A DNA stretch of 64,000 bases from Octopus bimaculoides (lineage: Eukaryota): positions 17,739,128 to 17,803,127 of the forward strand of contig NC_068988.1 in NCBI RefSeq assembly GCF_001194135.2, in the 5' to 3' direction. The notes beneath the pieces were generated by a model that did not search any database, was not told the origin of the DNA, and saw only the letters and a list, made by a program, of their open reading frames with translations. Shown in pieces: positions 51,784-64,000 of this stretch. The stretch's first letter is position 1; every line of letters begins with the position of its first letter. Position numbers and translations under genes: made by a program.

Positions 51784-52876
51784 ATGAATGCATATATTTA
51801 TCTATGTATATATGTATGTATATCTCTATGAATATGTGTATTTGCGTATGTATATATGTATGTACGTATGTATGTATATATGTATGTATGGATGTATATA
51901 TGTATTTATGTATGCATATATGTATTTATGTATGTATATATGTATATGGTTATACATATATATATGTATGAATATATAGTTTTAGGGAAAATAACCAAGT
52001 TTCAAGAACTCATCGATGAAAATCCACTATATTTTATATATATTTTATCTATAAAGCTCAATTTAATTTTAATTTTTTATAAATTGATTTTAATTGAGTT
52101 TTTACCTGTAATTTTGGATTTTGTCCCTAATATTATTATATGTATGTATATATATATATATACATATATGTATATAGTTATACATATATATATCTATGTA
52201 CATATATAAATGCATGTATACACATATGTACGTTTATATTTATATATGTGTGTATACATACATACACGTGCATACATTTGTATACTTCTGTTTATGTGTG
52301 GTTATGTATTTGTCTATAGATTGTCAGGCGTACTAAATGCTAAAGGTACGATTATTCTCTTTATTCGTATTCTTGTTCAAGCTTGTTGCCTATTGCAGCC
52401 ATGCTTAGACACCAACACCATGACCATCATCGCTTATAAATAAATACATGCAGACAAACACACACACACACACNNNNNNNNNNNNNNNNNNNNNNNNNNN
52501 NNNNNNNNNNNNNNNNNNNNNNNNNNNNNNNNNNNNNNNNNNNNNNNNNNNNNNNNNNNNNNNNNNNNNNNNNATATATATATATATATATATATGTATA
52601 CATATATATACACATATATATATTTATACATATATACATACATGTTCACATATGTATGTACACATATCTATATGTGTATGTATGCATATAACATATATAT
52701 ACGTATGTATGTATATAGACGTATATATATATATATATATTCATATATGCAATACAGGCTTAAATATATATATATATATATATATATATTCATATATGCA
52801 ATACAGGCTTAAATATATATATATATATATGTATATATGCATATATATGTATATATGCATATATATGTATATATGC

Positions 52877-52909
<33 letters not shown>

Positions 52910-53773
52910 AATATGTATATATACATACATGTATGTATGCACATGTATGTATATAACAACGCGTATGTATATAATCACAAATATGTATATGAATCTGTAT
53001 ATACGTGTGTATGTATGTCTATATAAAATATAAGTCATTAGACACACCTCAGAATTTATGTGCTTTAATAATTGCAACAATAAGTTAAATATTAATAATG
53101 AGTTTTATTGTCTTCATTAAAGAACATGTACTGACATGCGGTTTGACGTGTCTATATATAGTAACGCGTGTGTGGTCTCTGTTTTGAGGTCGATTATACC
53201 TATGTGTGTGTTTGTGAGCGTGTGAGTGGGAGCGTGTTTGTGTGCACGTACGTGTTTGTTGTGATACGTGTCTATATGTGCGTATATATATATGCGTAGA
53301 GTGTTGTGTATCTGTGTGTGCGTTTGTGTGTGGTTGTAAGATTTACACTTCTGTATTTCGCTTAGTCAGTATATATGAGAAAATAACAAACCGTATGTAC
53401 CAGCAGGAATCATATACACTCATACCTACATACATACTCGTGTACATACATCTATAGAACATCTTATATGTATATATAAATACATATTAATATACACGCG
53501 TACATGTATTAACTAAAGCCACCAATATGGGATACGTTGTCATCGAAGATTATAACTTCATAGTATTCGACACGTGATACTTACCTACACACACACATGC
53601 ACACGCACACACACACACACGTGTGTGTGTGTCATTATAAAGGTACATATATCTAAATAGATATTCATTGTGGTGCTCCAGCATGACCGCAGCCTCATGA
53701 CTGAAACGATTAAAAGAATATATATACATATATAAACATATACATATATGTACACACACATAAATGAATACAT

Positions 53774-53816
<43 letters not shown>

Positions 53817-54507
53817 CATAAATATACAGGGATTAGCATGAGTTGTTTCTCCAACATACTGAAAATTTAGAAATAGCAGTCAAAGAACTACTGATTCCAA
53901 ACTACAATTTTTTTTTNNNNNNNNNNNNNNNNNNNNNNNNNNNNNNNNNNNNNNNNNNNNNNNNNNNNNNNNNNNNNNNNNNNNNNNNNNNNNNNNNNNN
54001 NNNNNNNNNNNNNNNNNNNNNNNNNNNNNNNNNNNNNNNNNNNNNNNNNNNNNNNNNNNNNNNNNNNNNNNNNNNNNNNNNNNNNNNNNNNNNNNNNNNN
54101 NNNNNNNNNNNNNNNNNNNNNNNNNNNNNNNNNNNNNNNNNNNNNNNNNNNNNNNNNNNNNNNNNNNNNNNNNNNNNNNNNNNNNNNNNNNNNNNNNNNN
54201 NNNNNNNNNNNNNNNNNNNNNNNNNNNNNNNNNNNNNNNNNNNNNNNNNNNNNNNNNNNNNNNNNNNNNNNNNNNNNNNNNNNNNNNNNNNNNNNNNNNN
54301 NNNNNNNNNNNNNNNNNNNNNNNNNNNNNNNNNNNNNNNNNNNNNNNNNNNNNNNNNNNNNNNNNNNNNNNNNNNNNNNNNNNNNNNNNNNNNNNNNNNN
54401 NNNNNNNNNNNNNNNNNNNNNNNNNNNNNNNNNNNNNNNNNNNNNNNTATGTATATATATATATATATGTATGTATGTATGTATATATATATATATATGT
54501 ATGTATG

Positions 54508-54542
<35 letters not shown>

Positions 54543-55539
54543 ACATATAGACATTTATATATATTCGTATGTATGCACATACAAATATATATTCACACAC
54601 ATATTTATATATGTAAATAGATAGATAGATAGATAGACAATGGAATGAATGACATTCTTTACTTAAATTAATTATAATTGTTTCAACACATTTTTGCACC
54701 TGTAGTACATTGGTGACGTATGTAATCATTATTATCTATCAGAGGTATTTGAGCACTTCCTCGGGTGATTATTTAAATAAGTCCGTCGTTGTATACTACT
54801 TTCGTTTCACTCGGCGTGGAAATGCATTCTTAAAGCAGTGTGTTATTTTCAGCATTTTGCAGATAAAACTATATCCCTAAATATAATGATAAGCAAAATA
54901 TAAAATACAGAAATAAAGAATTAGATTAAAAAAAAAAAAGTGGTGTTCACACTGACAATAAATTAAAATTTTATTTTCATGGTCCTATTATAAGGAAGAA
55001 AGTGTAAAAGAGAATGAAAAACAAACAATTGCACAACTGCTCGCTAACGTACTACGGGTATATAAATGCGCCGAAAAAATTGTAATGATTTAAATAAAAC
55101 AATGTTGCTCAATCCATTTTCTATCATTTATCAATTCATATAAATTCTACAGATGGTGTATATCCAGTAGCAAGATCATTACCACTATATGATGACATCA
55201 GATAGCCAATAACAGTGAACGAGCTTTGCATAGCAATCTACAAGGTCTTTACCCGAATCTTATTTAACTGTGTGTGTGTGTGTACGCGTGTGTGCGCGCG
55301 TGCACGCGCGTGCGTGTTTGCGTGCGTGTGCGCGCGCGCTATATGCATGGTTTTTATTTACCTTCTTCATTGTCAGACATGCATGACTTACAGCTAGTTT
55401 CGGGTATAGGTGGGTAGCTAACACCACAGTCGCTCAGGCTGAAAGCATGCTAGAGCTACGCGACGTCATTGGAGTTACATGCAGAGGATAACGTTTCTTC
55501 CCATTTCCAACAATGGCAAAAGGTGGACATTAGGGAGAG

Positions 55540-56110
55540 AATTGGCCATGATCCAGGCAGAAGTGCAGAAGTAGGGGAGAAGAAAGAAGACGTTCAGGAA
55601 CTATGGAGCTGCTATCTCAGGGTGCCTAGACTAAATGGGACCTCCGTAAGAGGATGGTCACATGGACAGACTAGTGGAGACTGGAACCTTCCATACATAT
55701 ACCGTCCATCTGCGGACGGTGTATGTATTCTGTACAACATATTTATCCATTTGCACGTCCATCGTTTCTTAGACGGTTCCCTTTGTATATTGGTCTGTCT
55801 TTGAGTAGAGGTTGTTACTAGCCCCTCACGCAAGTTTTCTCTAGTTGCGGTGGAAACTGTACAGTGAGTGGTCAGCAACAACCCTTTTGTTTTTTATATA
55901 TCACCAAAACCGACTAAAACGGGGGTAGAAACGGTCACGATGAGGAAGAGAAGGTTGGATGGAGAGATGAGAAGGAAGAGGGGCGAAAATGTAAAGAAGA
56001 AGAAGAGCTGAGCCTTCTTTATGCCAGGCTGCCGGTTTATCCTAGCGATCTCGGAAAGAAGATGGCAATTTTGATTTCGAGGAAAAGCAGAGAACTGGCA
56101 AATCCAGTGA
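55540..56110 (+). mobile_element. Degenerate RLE-type non-LTR retrotransposon C-terminus (HERO-like)
   Basis: Frameshifted QGA*TKWDLRKRMVTWTD*WRLEP...LRTVY...LCIL...QVFSSC...GCR resembles the QGAWTKW...W..LW..EP.RISF..RSVYD.LP...C.LC...H.LS.C...EVGCRG pattern recalled for HERO-type elements. Confidence 0.5.
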
Positions 56111-56293
56111 GTAATTCTAGTTGACAATCTGAAGATTCTGTCAAAGCACACACACACACATATACAAGCAATTATAAGTGCATATACGCATAAGTATTTA
56201 TAAAGATACAGGCATATGCACAAGTGGATATTGCAAACATGCACAAATGTATCACTACGCGGTCATGCCCATACACATTTATCTATGAATTCA

Positions 56294-56325
<32 letters not shown>

Positions 56326-58047
56326 CATAGATAGATTAGACAGACAGACAGAGTGACTTTCATCGAAACATTTGGAAATAAATTCTGATCATGCACTTAA
56401 TATTTTTATAGATTTGGTGAAAATGTAGTAATTTTCATCATTAAAGATTTCTCATAATTCTAAACAAGTGAAGTATTTATTACAAATTTCAGTATGACTT
56501 AGGTGATATTGAAATTACAGGTAATGTTATCTTTCAAATTCCGCAGGTATCTTGATAATATAAAGTTTTATCTAGTTATATGCCGGAAAGTGGACCTGTG
56601 ATTAAGTACTCATTTCTAAAATTGCTACATTTTGGAAATGCCTCTTGCTTGGTACTAACGCAGGCACTTGGTAATATCAGATTTTCCTTTCAATCAGATA
56701 TTTAGGTATATTAAATTATGGTGGCATAATTTGGTTGCACCAGTAAGCGATGGTTCAGTTTTGTGGGATCCAAACGTATCTGTTCATGAAAGCTACTGTT
56801 TCTGAGGACTTTGCTACAGTAGCTTGCGGCTCAATTGCTTATTCTTCTCGTTTAAGAATACAACAGTTTTTATAACTACAATCGTATCTAATGAATATCC
56901 GAGAGATATGAAACTTTAAGTAAGAGAAAGATGAAAGCAGGACGCTGGCATGACCGAAAGAGTTAAGTAGTTCCATATACAATCATTAGACGCCATATTC
57001 GATCTTACTGACATTTTGACCATGCGTCACATATCTTATTTAGATATAACCAAGACATACCATATACCTTGGTACCATTTCAAAGAATTAGATGTTTAGT
57101 TGAATGCACCAACTTGACGCTCATATGTCGATCCCGACACGAGAGTCCACCACATGTGTCTGTACATACACTATATGTATGCATGTGGGAGTGTCAGGTG
57201 CAATGGTACGATCCGTTGATATATAAACGATAGACATGTGAGGGAGTTTGGGGGTAAGTATTAGTGAAGTACGTGTAGGCCTATTGAGAAAACTGAAACA
57301 TAGATATCACTGCGTAGAAATTTGTTTGAAATTCTATCTAACCACGCACGCACACACACTTATAGATGTATGATGTATTACATACATAAATGCATACATA
57401 CATATATGTTCCTGTGAATATTAATGGTTGTGGCTGCTTCAGCTTAATTTTATTACTAAAAGTCTCATTCTAATAATGAAATGTTTGCCAGAGAAAGCAG
57501 TAAATACAATATATAATTGCTGATCGATCGTACAGCTTTGCTAAGGACAACGTGTGTTCTCAAGAGGAATGTGGCAATTCAATTCCATCTTATCTCATTC
57601 AATTTAGTCAATTAACTCTAAAACATGCCGCAAATAAAGTAAAAGTTCAATTCACCTTTGTTCGGGACTTAATTCTGTTTGTTTATTTCTGGTTTATACA
57701 TACATCAATAAAAATTCTTTCTTTTTAGATTTTCATTGAATCAACTTTACCAGACATAATAAAATTTCATTAAACACGCATGTATATCATATACATACGC
57801 ACATGATATTACATACTTCTATTCAAATTTCGTAGACTAAGTAGGTCTGTTTGAATAGGTAAATAACCTGATGCTACTCATTTCCCCTCCATGTATGACA
57901 GACCACTGGTTTCTGCATGGGAGATATTTCCTGCTTTTTGAAGTTGCATTATACATATTGCTCAGGGTTTCTTAAATCACTTTAGGGTCAGGTTTAATAA
58001 CTGATCTCTTTGCCTCTTGAGAAAAATTCTTCTAAGATATATGATAT

Positions 58048-58476
58048 TGGTTTCAAATTTTGGCACAAGACCAGTAATTTTGGGAAGGGGTTAAATCGAT
58101 TACATCGACCCTAAAATTAAGCTGGCACTAATTTTATCGCTCCCGAAAGGATGGAAGGCAAAGAAAAGCTCGATGGCATTTGGATTCAGAACGCAAAAAC
58201 GGAAGAAATGCCGCTGAGCATTTAGCTCGGCGCGGTAACGATTCTGCCAGCTCACCACCTTCTACGCTATATGATATTTGTTTCTTTATTGCCCGCAAAA
58301 AGCTAAACATAGAGACGAAAAACAAAGGGATCAAGTCTGGTACTTATTTAGTCGACCCTAAAATGATGAAAGGCAAAGTCGACCTTGGCCGAATTTGAAC
58401 TCCGAACGAAACGGCAGCCGAAACACCGCTCAACATTTCGCTCGGAGTGCTAGCGATTCTGCCAGCTGGCTGCCTT
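58048..58476 (-). mobile_element. Two adjacent antisense family B SINEs (58048-58260 and 58335-58476)
   Basis: Both end in CGATTCTGCCAGCT (reverse-complement head) and contain GAAAGGCAAAG(TCGAC). Confidence 0.8.
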
Positions 58477-59287
58477 TCTAATCTATATGATATTAGCAAC
58501 ACTAAGTGCTAGATACGTTACACATATCCATTACAATTGGTCTGGAGGTTGGTGAGTCACTGTCTTATTAGTGATTAAGTCAGATTAAGGAAGAGCAGCG
58601 GTCAAGGATTCTACAGGATTTTGAGACCGTTGATAAGATCTTTAACACATTATCAATTAAGAAAATAAAACCAGCACATCCAGCCTCCAGGTAACAGAGA
58701 AGATAGATAAAAGCAGCTAAATATACGACATACACCAAAAACCATGCAAGGGACGTCTACGTCACCACTTAATCCTCGAGGAAAAATAGCCAAATTCTGT
58801 TAAGTCACTAACTACATTTATTCGTTCAGAGTAACGGGTAGAAGCGGGATAGTCATGGGGTGTGTGACTTTTAACATAATTCTGTCTGAATCTGGATCTA
58901 AATAATAGTAGCAGCAATAACAATAACACACACACAAATACACACACACATACACATACACACACGCATACACACACACACACATACACACCAGCTGTTA
59001 GTCGTTGCATTAGGAACGCTAACATTCTAGGTTTCAAAAGTCATATTAAGACTATAATTTTGAATTATATCCATTTGTTTCTTCATCTAACATGCTTTAT
59101 ATATAATATATATATACGTATGCATGCGCATGTTCGTATTAGTGTGTATACTAGCGTTTGTGTGTATAAGTGTGTGTGTGTATGTGTGAGTGTGTCTACC
59201 TATGTGTATATGTACATGTATATGTTTATATGTATGTATGTGTGTGATTGTGTGTGAGTTCCCTTCACTGATAGGTGTTAAAAATAT

Positions 59288-59472
59288 AGGAATTTCAACC
59301 ATGTTCGTGGTCTGCTACCACAACAGCTCCTTTATAGGATCCAGTTAGCTGAAGACATCATCAGGAGGAACCACGTCCGGTTTCGGCCCCTACTCCTCTA
59401 CCGTTTTGACGTGGCGGGGCCCCTCCTTTCGGAGGTGTCTTCAGCTCTGGTGTTGGGTGCATGTCTTCTTTC
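59288..59472 (-). repeat. GC-rich structured interspersed repeat, copy 2
   Basis: Reverse complement of 5809-5995 with only a few differences. Confidence 0.85.
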
Positions 59473-60175
59473 TTCTATTCCCTGGCCTCTTCGATGCAGC
59501 ATCAACGAGTGTCAGCGTCCGACTGATCGTCGTGTCAAGTTCCCCTTTTTATATCTGCTGCTAGGCTCCAGCAGGCAGCCCCAGNNNNNNNNNNNNNNNN
59601 NNNNNNNNNNNNNNNNNNNNNNNNNNNNNNNNNNNNNNNNNNNNNNNNNNNNNNNNNNNNNNNNNNNNNNNNNNNNNNNNNNNNNNNNNNNNNNNNNNNN
59701 NNNNNNNNNNNNNNNNNNNNNNNNNNNNNNNNNNNNNNNNNNNNNNNNNNNNNNNNNNNNNNNNNNNNNNNNNNNNNNNNNNNNNNNNNNNNNNNNNNNN
59801 NNNNNNNNNNNNNNNNNNNNNNNNNNNNNNNNNNNNNNNNNNNNNNNNNNNNNNNNNNNNNNNNNNNNNNNNNNNNNNNNNNNNNNNNNNNNNNNNNNNN
59901 NNNNNNNNNNNNNNNNNNNNNNNNNNNNNNNNNNNNNNNNNNNNNNNNNNNNNNNNNNNNNNNNNNNNNNNNNNNNNNNNNNNNNNNNNNNNNNNNNNNN
60001 NNNNNNNNNNNNNNNNNNNNNNNNNNNNNNNNNNNNNNNNNNNNNNNNNNNNNNNNNNNNNNNNNNNNNNNNNNNNNNNNNNNNNNNNNNNNNNNNNNNN
60101 NNNNNNNNNNNNNNNNNNNNNNNNNNNNNNNNNNNNNNNNNNNNNNNNNNNNNNNNNNNNNNNNNNNNNNNNNNN

Positions 60176-60233
<58 letters not shown>

Positions 60234-60310
60234 CATACATATATATCAGTGTGCATAATGCATGCATAAAGCTAAAGGATTCCGTCTTTGGTGAGGTTTA
60301 AAGCTAAAAA

Positions 60311-61075
60311 TACGAGAGGGTGCCCAAGGGTAATCGGAATCGTTCTCTGTGGGACAAGCCTGTAGTAGTTCAGGTTTTCGCCGCTAGAAGTCACTTGATG
60401 CAACTCTCAGGCATCAGTCTGCCCACCGGTGTTATTTAGTGAAGTCATATTGCAACTTGGCGTGTCCTTGTTGCGTAGTGCTTCTCTCTTGCTCGTCGAG
60501 TTATGCAATGGCTGAGACGAAGAAACAGCGTGCTTCTGTTAAAATGTTTTCTGCTGGGGTAGACGGTAACCGAAACAGTTGTCGTACTTCAAACAGCTTA
60601 CAAGGCCGCTGTAAAACATAAGTTTACGAGTGGTTTTCATGCGTTAGGAATATTCACTTGTCGCTTGAGTACCAACCACGCCCAGGGCCACCGTCGGCCT
60701 CCTGAACGATTGTGAACATCATAAAAACTCTTGAACTGATCTTGGAGGACCCTCACCGAAATATTGAGGAAATTGTTCATATTACTGGTGTGTCCTGGAG
60801 CTCCTGCCAACAATTTTGGAGCAAAAAATTGCAAATAAAAAAAAACGAGTTGCAGCAAAATTTGTGCCTCGCTTGCTACACGAAGATCAAAAGCAGTCAC
60901 GACCGAATGAGTGTCGTGAACTGAAAGAACAATTAGAAGTTGATCCGGATTCCTTTTCAAAGGTCATCACTGGTGAAGGAAGCTGGCGCTACGGGATTTG
61001 CAGATGTGGAAGAGGTGAAGAAATAAACGACGGAGGCGTTAAAAGGTATCACTTCGCAAGAGTTCCAGCTTCGTG
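60311..61075 (+). mobile_element. Internally deleted mariner element (second family), left TIR-like end present
   Basis: TACGAG start at 60311. ATG at 60508 gives MAETKKQRASVK...VYEWF...PRPG...IEEIVHITGVSWSSCQ...RVAAKFVPRLL...KVITGEGSWRYG (a variant of TGDE.W), then jumps to C-terminal DVEEVKK...LKGIT..EFQ. Confidence 0.88.
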
Positions 61076-61107
61076 AGCCGTAGGATACGTCCATCTCAGC
61101 AGACCAT

Positions 61108-61138
<31 letters not shown>

Positions 61139-62005
61139 TAACACATTCATCGCGCGCAGTGTCATCTCAGCCTGTATGTAAATAAATTATCATATGTGTA
61201 TGTCTTTGCTCTCCTTTCTGTCCCAAAATTGCAATCTTATAGGCAGAAGAATTAAATGCTTCTTATAACGCATTAGAATCAACGGGATTACTGACATTAG
61301 TTTTCTTTGTGTGCCGCTTTACTGTTACATATTGGGATAATTATGATTATGAGGTCATTGGTCAGATACAGTTGAAAAATCACCAGAGTTCAAAAGATTA
61401 ACATATATCGTAATTAGAGACTATTAAAATGAGTTGTGTTGAGAGCTTATACATTGCACAGCTATCAATATATAGAGGATTGCTTTGCTCCTATCTTAAT
61501 AACGATTTGATTCTCAGTTTCAGGATTGATAAATTCAGTGGCATAACTAAACTCAAGCAGTGGATTAAAATAGGTATATTCAATATTGCGAGGATTATGT
61601 CTTGTTTATTGATTACCCTAGTTTATATACTCTTGGTTTATTTGAAAGAAAACCATGCAGCAGATTAATAACTTAACATTTTGACACTATCTCTTATCTT
61701 ATAGTTTCTCTGCATGAATGACCTAAGCTCGATGGATTAGTGAATGAAAGGGACATAACTGCTGAACAAGCAGTTATTATATGTCATGTTATCTCAGAGA
61801 TAAGAGTAGTAAGCGTATTCTTTCTGTAAACGTGCCTTCTGTTTATTTGGACAGTGGAAGTATCCACATTTTTAGTGCCCAACTACAATACAAATGGTCT
61901 GTTGCAAAATGCTCATTTATGAAATTTAGGAAAATTCTGGCAATAGTAGAATGAACATATTAAATAATACCGTGGCTTATGCAATATGTATATATATATA
62001 TATAT

Positions 62006-62085
<80 letters not shown>

Positions 62086-62294
62086 GTATAAGTTATCGTG
62101 TATGAATATTAAGGTTCTCTATATGATATAATCATTTTTATAATGAGCTGCTTAAGTCGGTGTCGTTTAATGATTGGAATTTATATTACTATAATGTGGA
62201 TGCTTTGATAGTATGCTGTCATGTTACTTTTTCCCTATCAATCGTTTTGAACAGTCGGCAACGTGAAAATGAGTTATGAATCGGGATACTTGTA

Positions 62295-62537
62295 TAATAA
62301 TAATAATAATAATTAATAATAATAATCCTTTCTACTATAGGCACAAGGCCTGAAATTTTGTGGGGAGGGGATTAGTCGATTACATGGACACCAGTGTTTC
62401 ACACGTACTTAATTTATCGACCACGAAAGAATGAAAGTAAAGTTGACCTCAGCAGTTGAACTCAGAACGTATGGACGGGCGAAATAGCACTAAGCATTTC
62501 GTCCAGCATGCTAACGTTTCGGCCAGCACACCACCTT
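62295..62537 (-). mobile_element. Family B SINE with (AAT)n tail, antisense
   Basis: AATCCTTTCTACTATAGGCACAAGGCCTGAAATTT tail and TTAGTCGATTACAT...GTTGACCTCAGCAGTTGAACTCAGAACGT core. Confidence 0.8.
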
Positions 62538-62607
62538 AGCAACAACAACAATCATAATAATAATAATAATGATATTAATAATAGTAATAATAATGATAAT
62601 AATAATT

Positions 62608-63065
62608 GGAATAGAATACCCTGTCTTGGTATAAAAGATGGGTTACAACAAATATTCTGCTCAATACCATAAATTTTCTTGTCAGTTGTTTGACCATAAC
62701 CAGTTGAGCATGTCCCTTAGTGGCTGACGATATGTGCATCTCTGATCACGAGCAGAAATAGTGGTGGAGCATCATAGCCATGTATTGCAAGGAATTCTTT
62801 GGGAGTTGGATAATTCACCACTGGAAACATAGGTGTTTCGTTCACTATCCTTAAGCAACTCTTATTCAGGGACCTTTTGGGCGGGATGGGATACTCGACC
62901 TGAAGCAAATTCTAACTGGGCCCCACCTGCAAGGTCATGCGCTGTTTATCTTGACATCAGATCACCATGTCGTGCGAATATGGATGTGATGCATGTGTCT
63001 GGTGTACCCTTAACAGACGGATAGCCATAATGGTTATACCGGACTTCGTATATTTTACCCCAGTA
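62608..63065. repeat. Probable unclassified interspersed repeat
   Basis: GC-elevated block bounded by simple repeats, with no ORF or splice structure; recalled as a common octopus repeat but only one copy is in the window. Confidence 0.35.
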
Positions 63066-63117
63066 TCACTTTGATGGCATGCACTGCTCTCTCACACAAT
63101 AATAATGATAATAATAA

Positions 63118-63153
<36 letters not shown>

Positions 63154-63658
63154 CATAAGTACACACACATATATGTAATCATAAACATATGTGTATATGA
63201 GATTTGTATGTATACATTTTTGTGCGAATGTATTTTGAAATATGTGTGTATGCGCATATGCTGCGTGTAATACAAATATCTCACAGTAATACAAATATCT
63301 TACTCTATATATATATATATATATAAAGATTATATTACCATATTTCTATGAGCGTACGAAATCTTCCACTCCTCTCTTTCTGTCTTTCTCCCACTCTCTT
63401 TGTATATCTCTCTCCCACCCTCTGAGTGTGTGTGTATGTGTGTCTGTGTATGTGATTGTGTGTGTGTAAATCATTTCTAGCATTAAATATAATAAAATGT
63501 ACAGTGTTTATTATCACTTATTTACTGCTCAGAAATGTCAAGAAGGTATATAAATATTCACATTTCTAAAAAATACAAATATAAAATATATCTGACTGAC
63601 AGAATGATATATGTATATAACATACATACATAAAGACATCTATACATAGACAAACAAC

Positions 63659-63697
<39 letters not shown>

Positions 63698-63874
63698 CAG
63701 ATGCATTTATACATGTCTGTCTGAAGACATACGCACACACAACTATGCCTGTAATAGGACATCTAACCCGCTAGAAATAGCAGCAAAAGACTGCATACCA
63801 CAAAAGTAGGTAAATGAAATTTCAAAAAATTTTTTGCTACCCTGTATTTTATTAATATATATATATATATATAT

Positions 63875-63992
63875 AAACAATATATGAGTATATGCATATA
63901 TATGTACATGTATGTATATACGTTCATCTACATGTACATATAGATACATAACTGGGTACATGCCGTGGCAAAAGAACAAGGGCAAAATGGTA
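63875..63992. repeat. Interspersed repeat segment, copy 2
   Basis: Direct near-identical copy of 9695-9813. Confidence 0.75.
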
Positions 63993-64000
63993 TATATATA

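Noticed and set aside
52735-52830. Tandem duplication of TTCATATATGCAATACAGGCTTAAA between TA runs
   Set aside because: Ordinary slippage or mis-assembly inside a microsatellite; the similar case at 29331-29415 was rejected likewise.

Overview
AT-rich, microsatellite-saturated animal genomic DNA with 11 N-gaps, most flanked by (TA)n or related microsatellites. The repeat families look like those of an octopod cephalopod; this is inferred from remembered repeat sequences, not from a search. No intact, recognisable protein-coding gene, rRNA or tRNA gene is present, and nearly all listed ORFs are translations of microsatellites, gaps or decayed transposons. The window holds many copies of three SINE families (called A, B and C here), two internally deleted mariner elements, and fragments of RTE, CR1-like and restriction-like-endonuclease (R4/Dong-like, HERO-like) LINEs. 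It also holds Penelope-like remnants, MITE-like and Helentron-like elements, a CpG/ETS-rich putative promoter near 30.1-30.35 kb, and scattered splice-site-bounded micro-exon candidates. The best lead is a ~260-nt element at 39191-39447 that joins a tRNA-type Pol III promoter (A and B boxes) to a minimal type I hammerhead ribozyme. Two further partial copies of the ribozyme module occur, and one of them, 335 nt upstream, could supply the GUC substrate strand of a dimer-type hammerhead. Other hammerhead-like motifs and a twice-present multi-helix structured repeat also merit testing.
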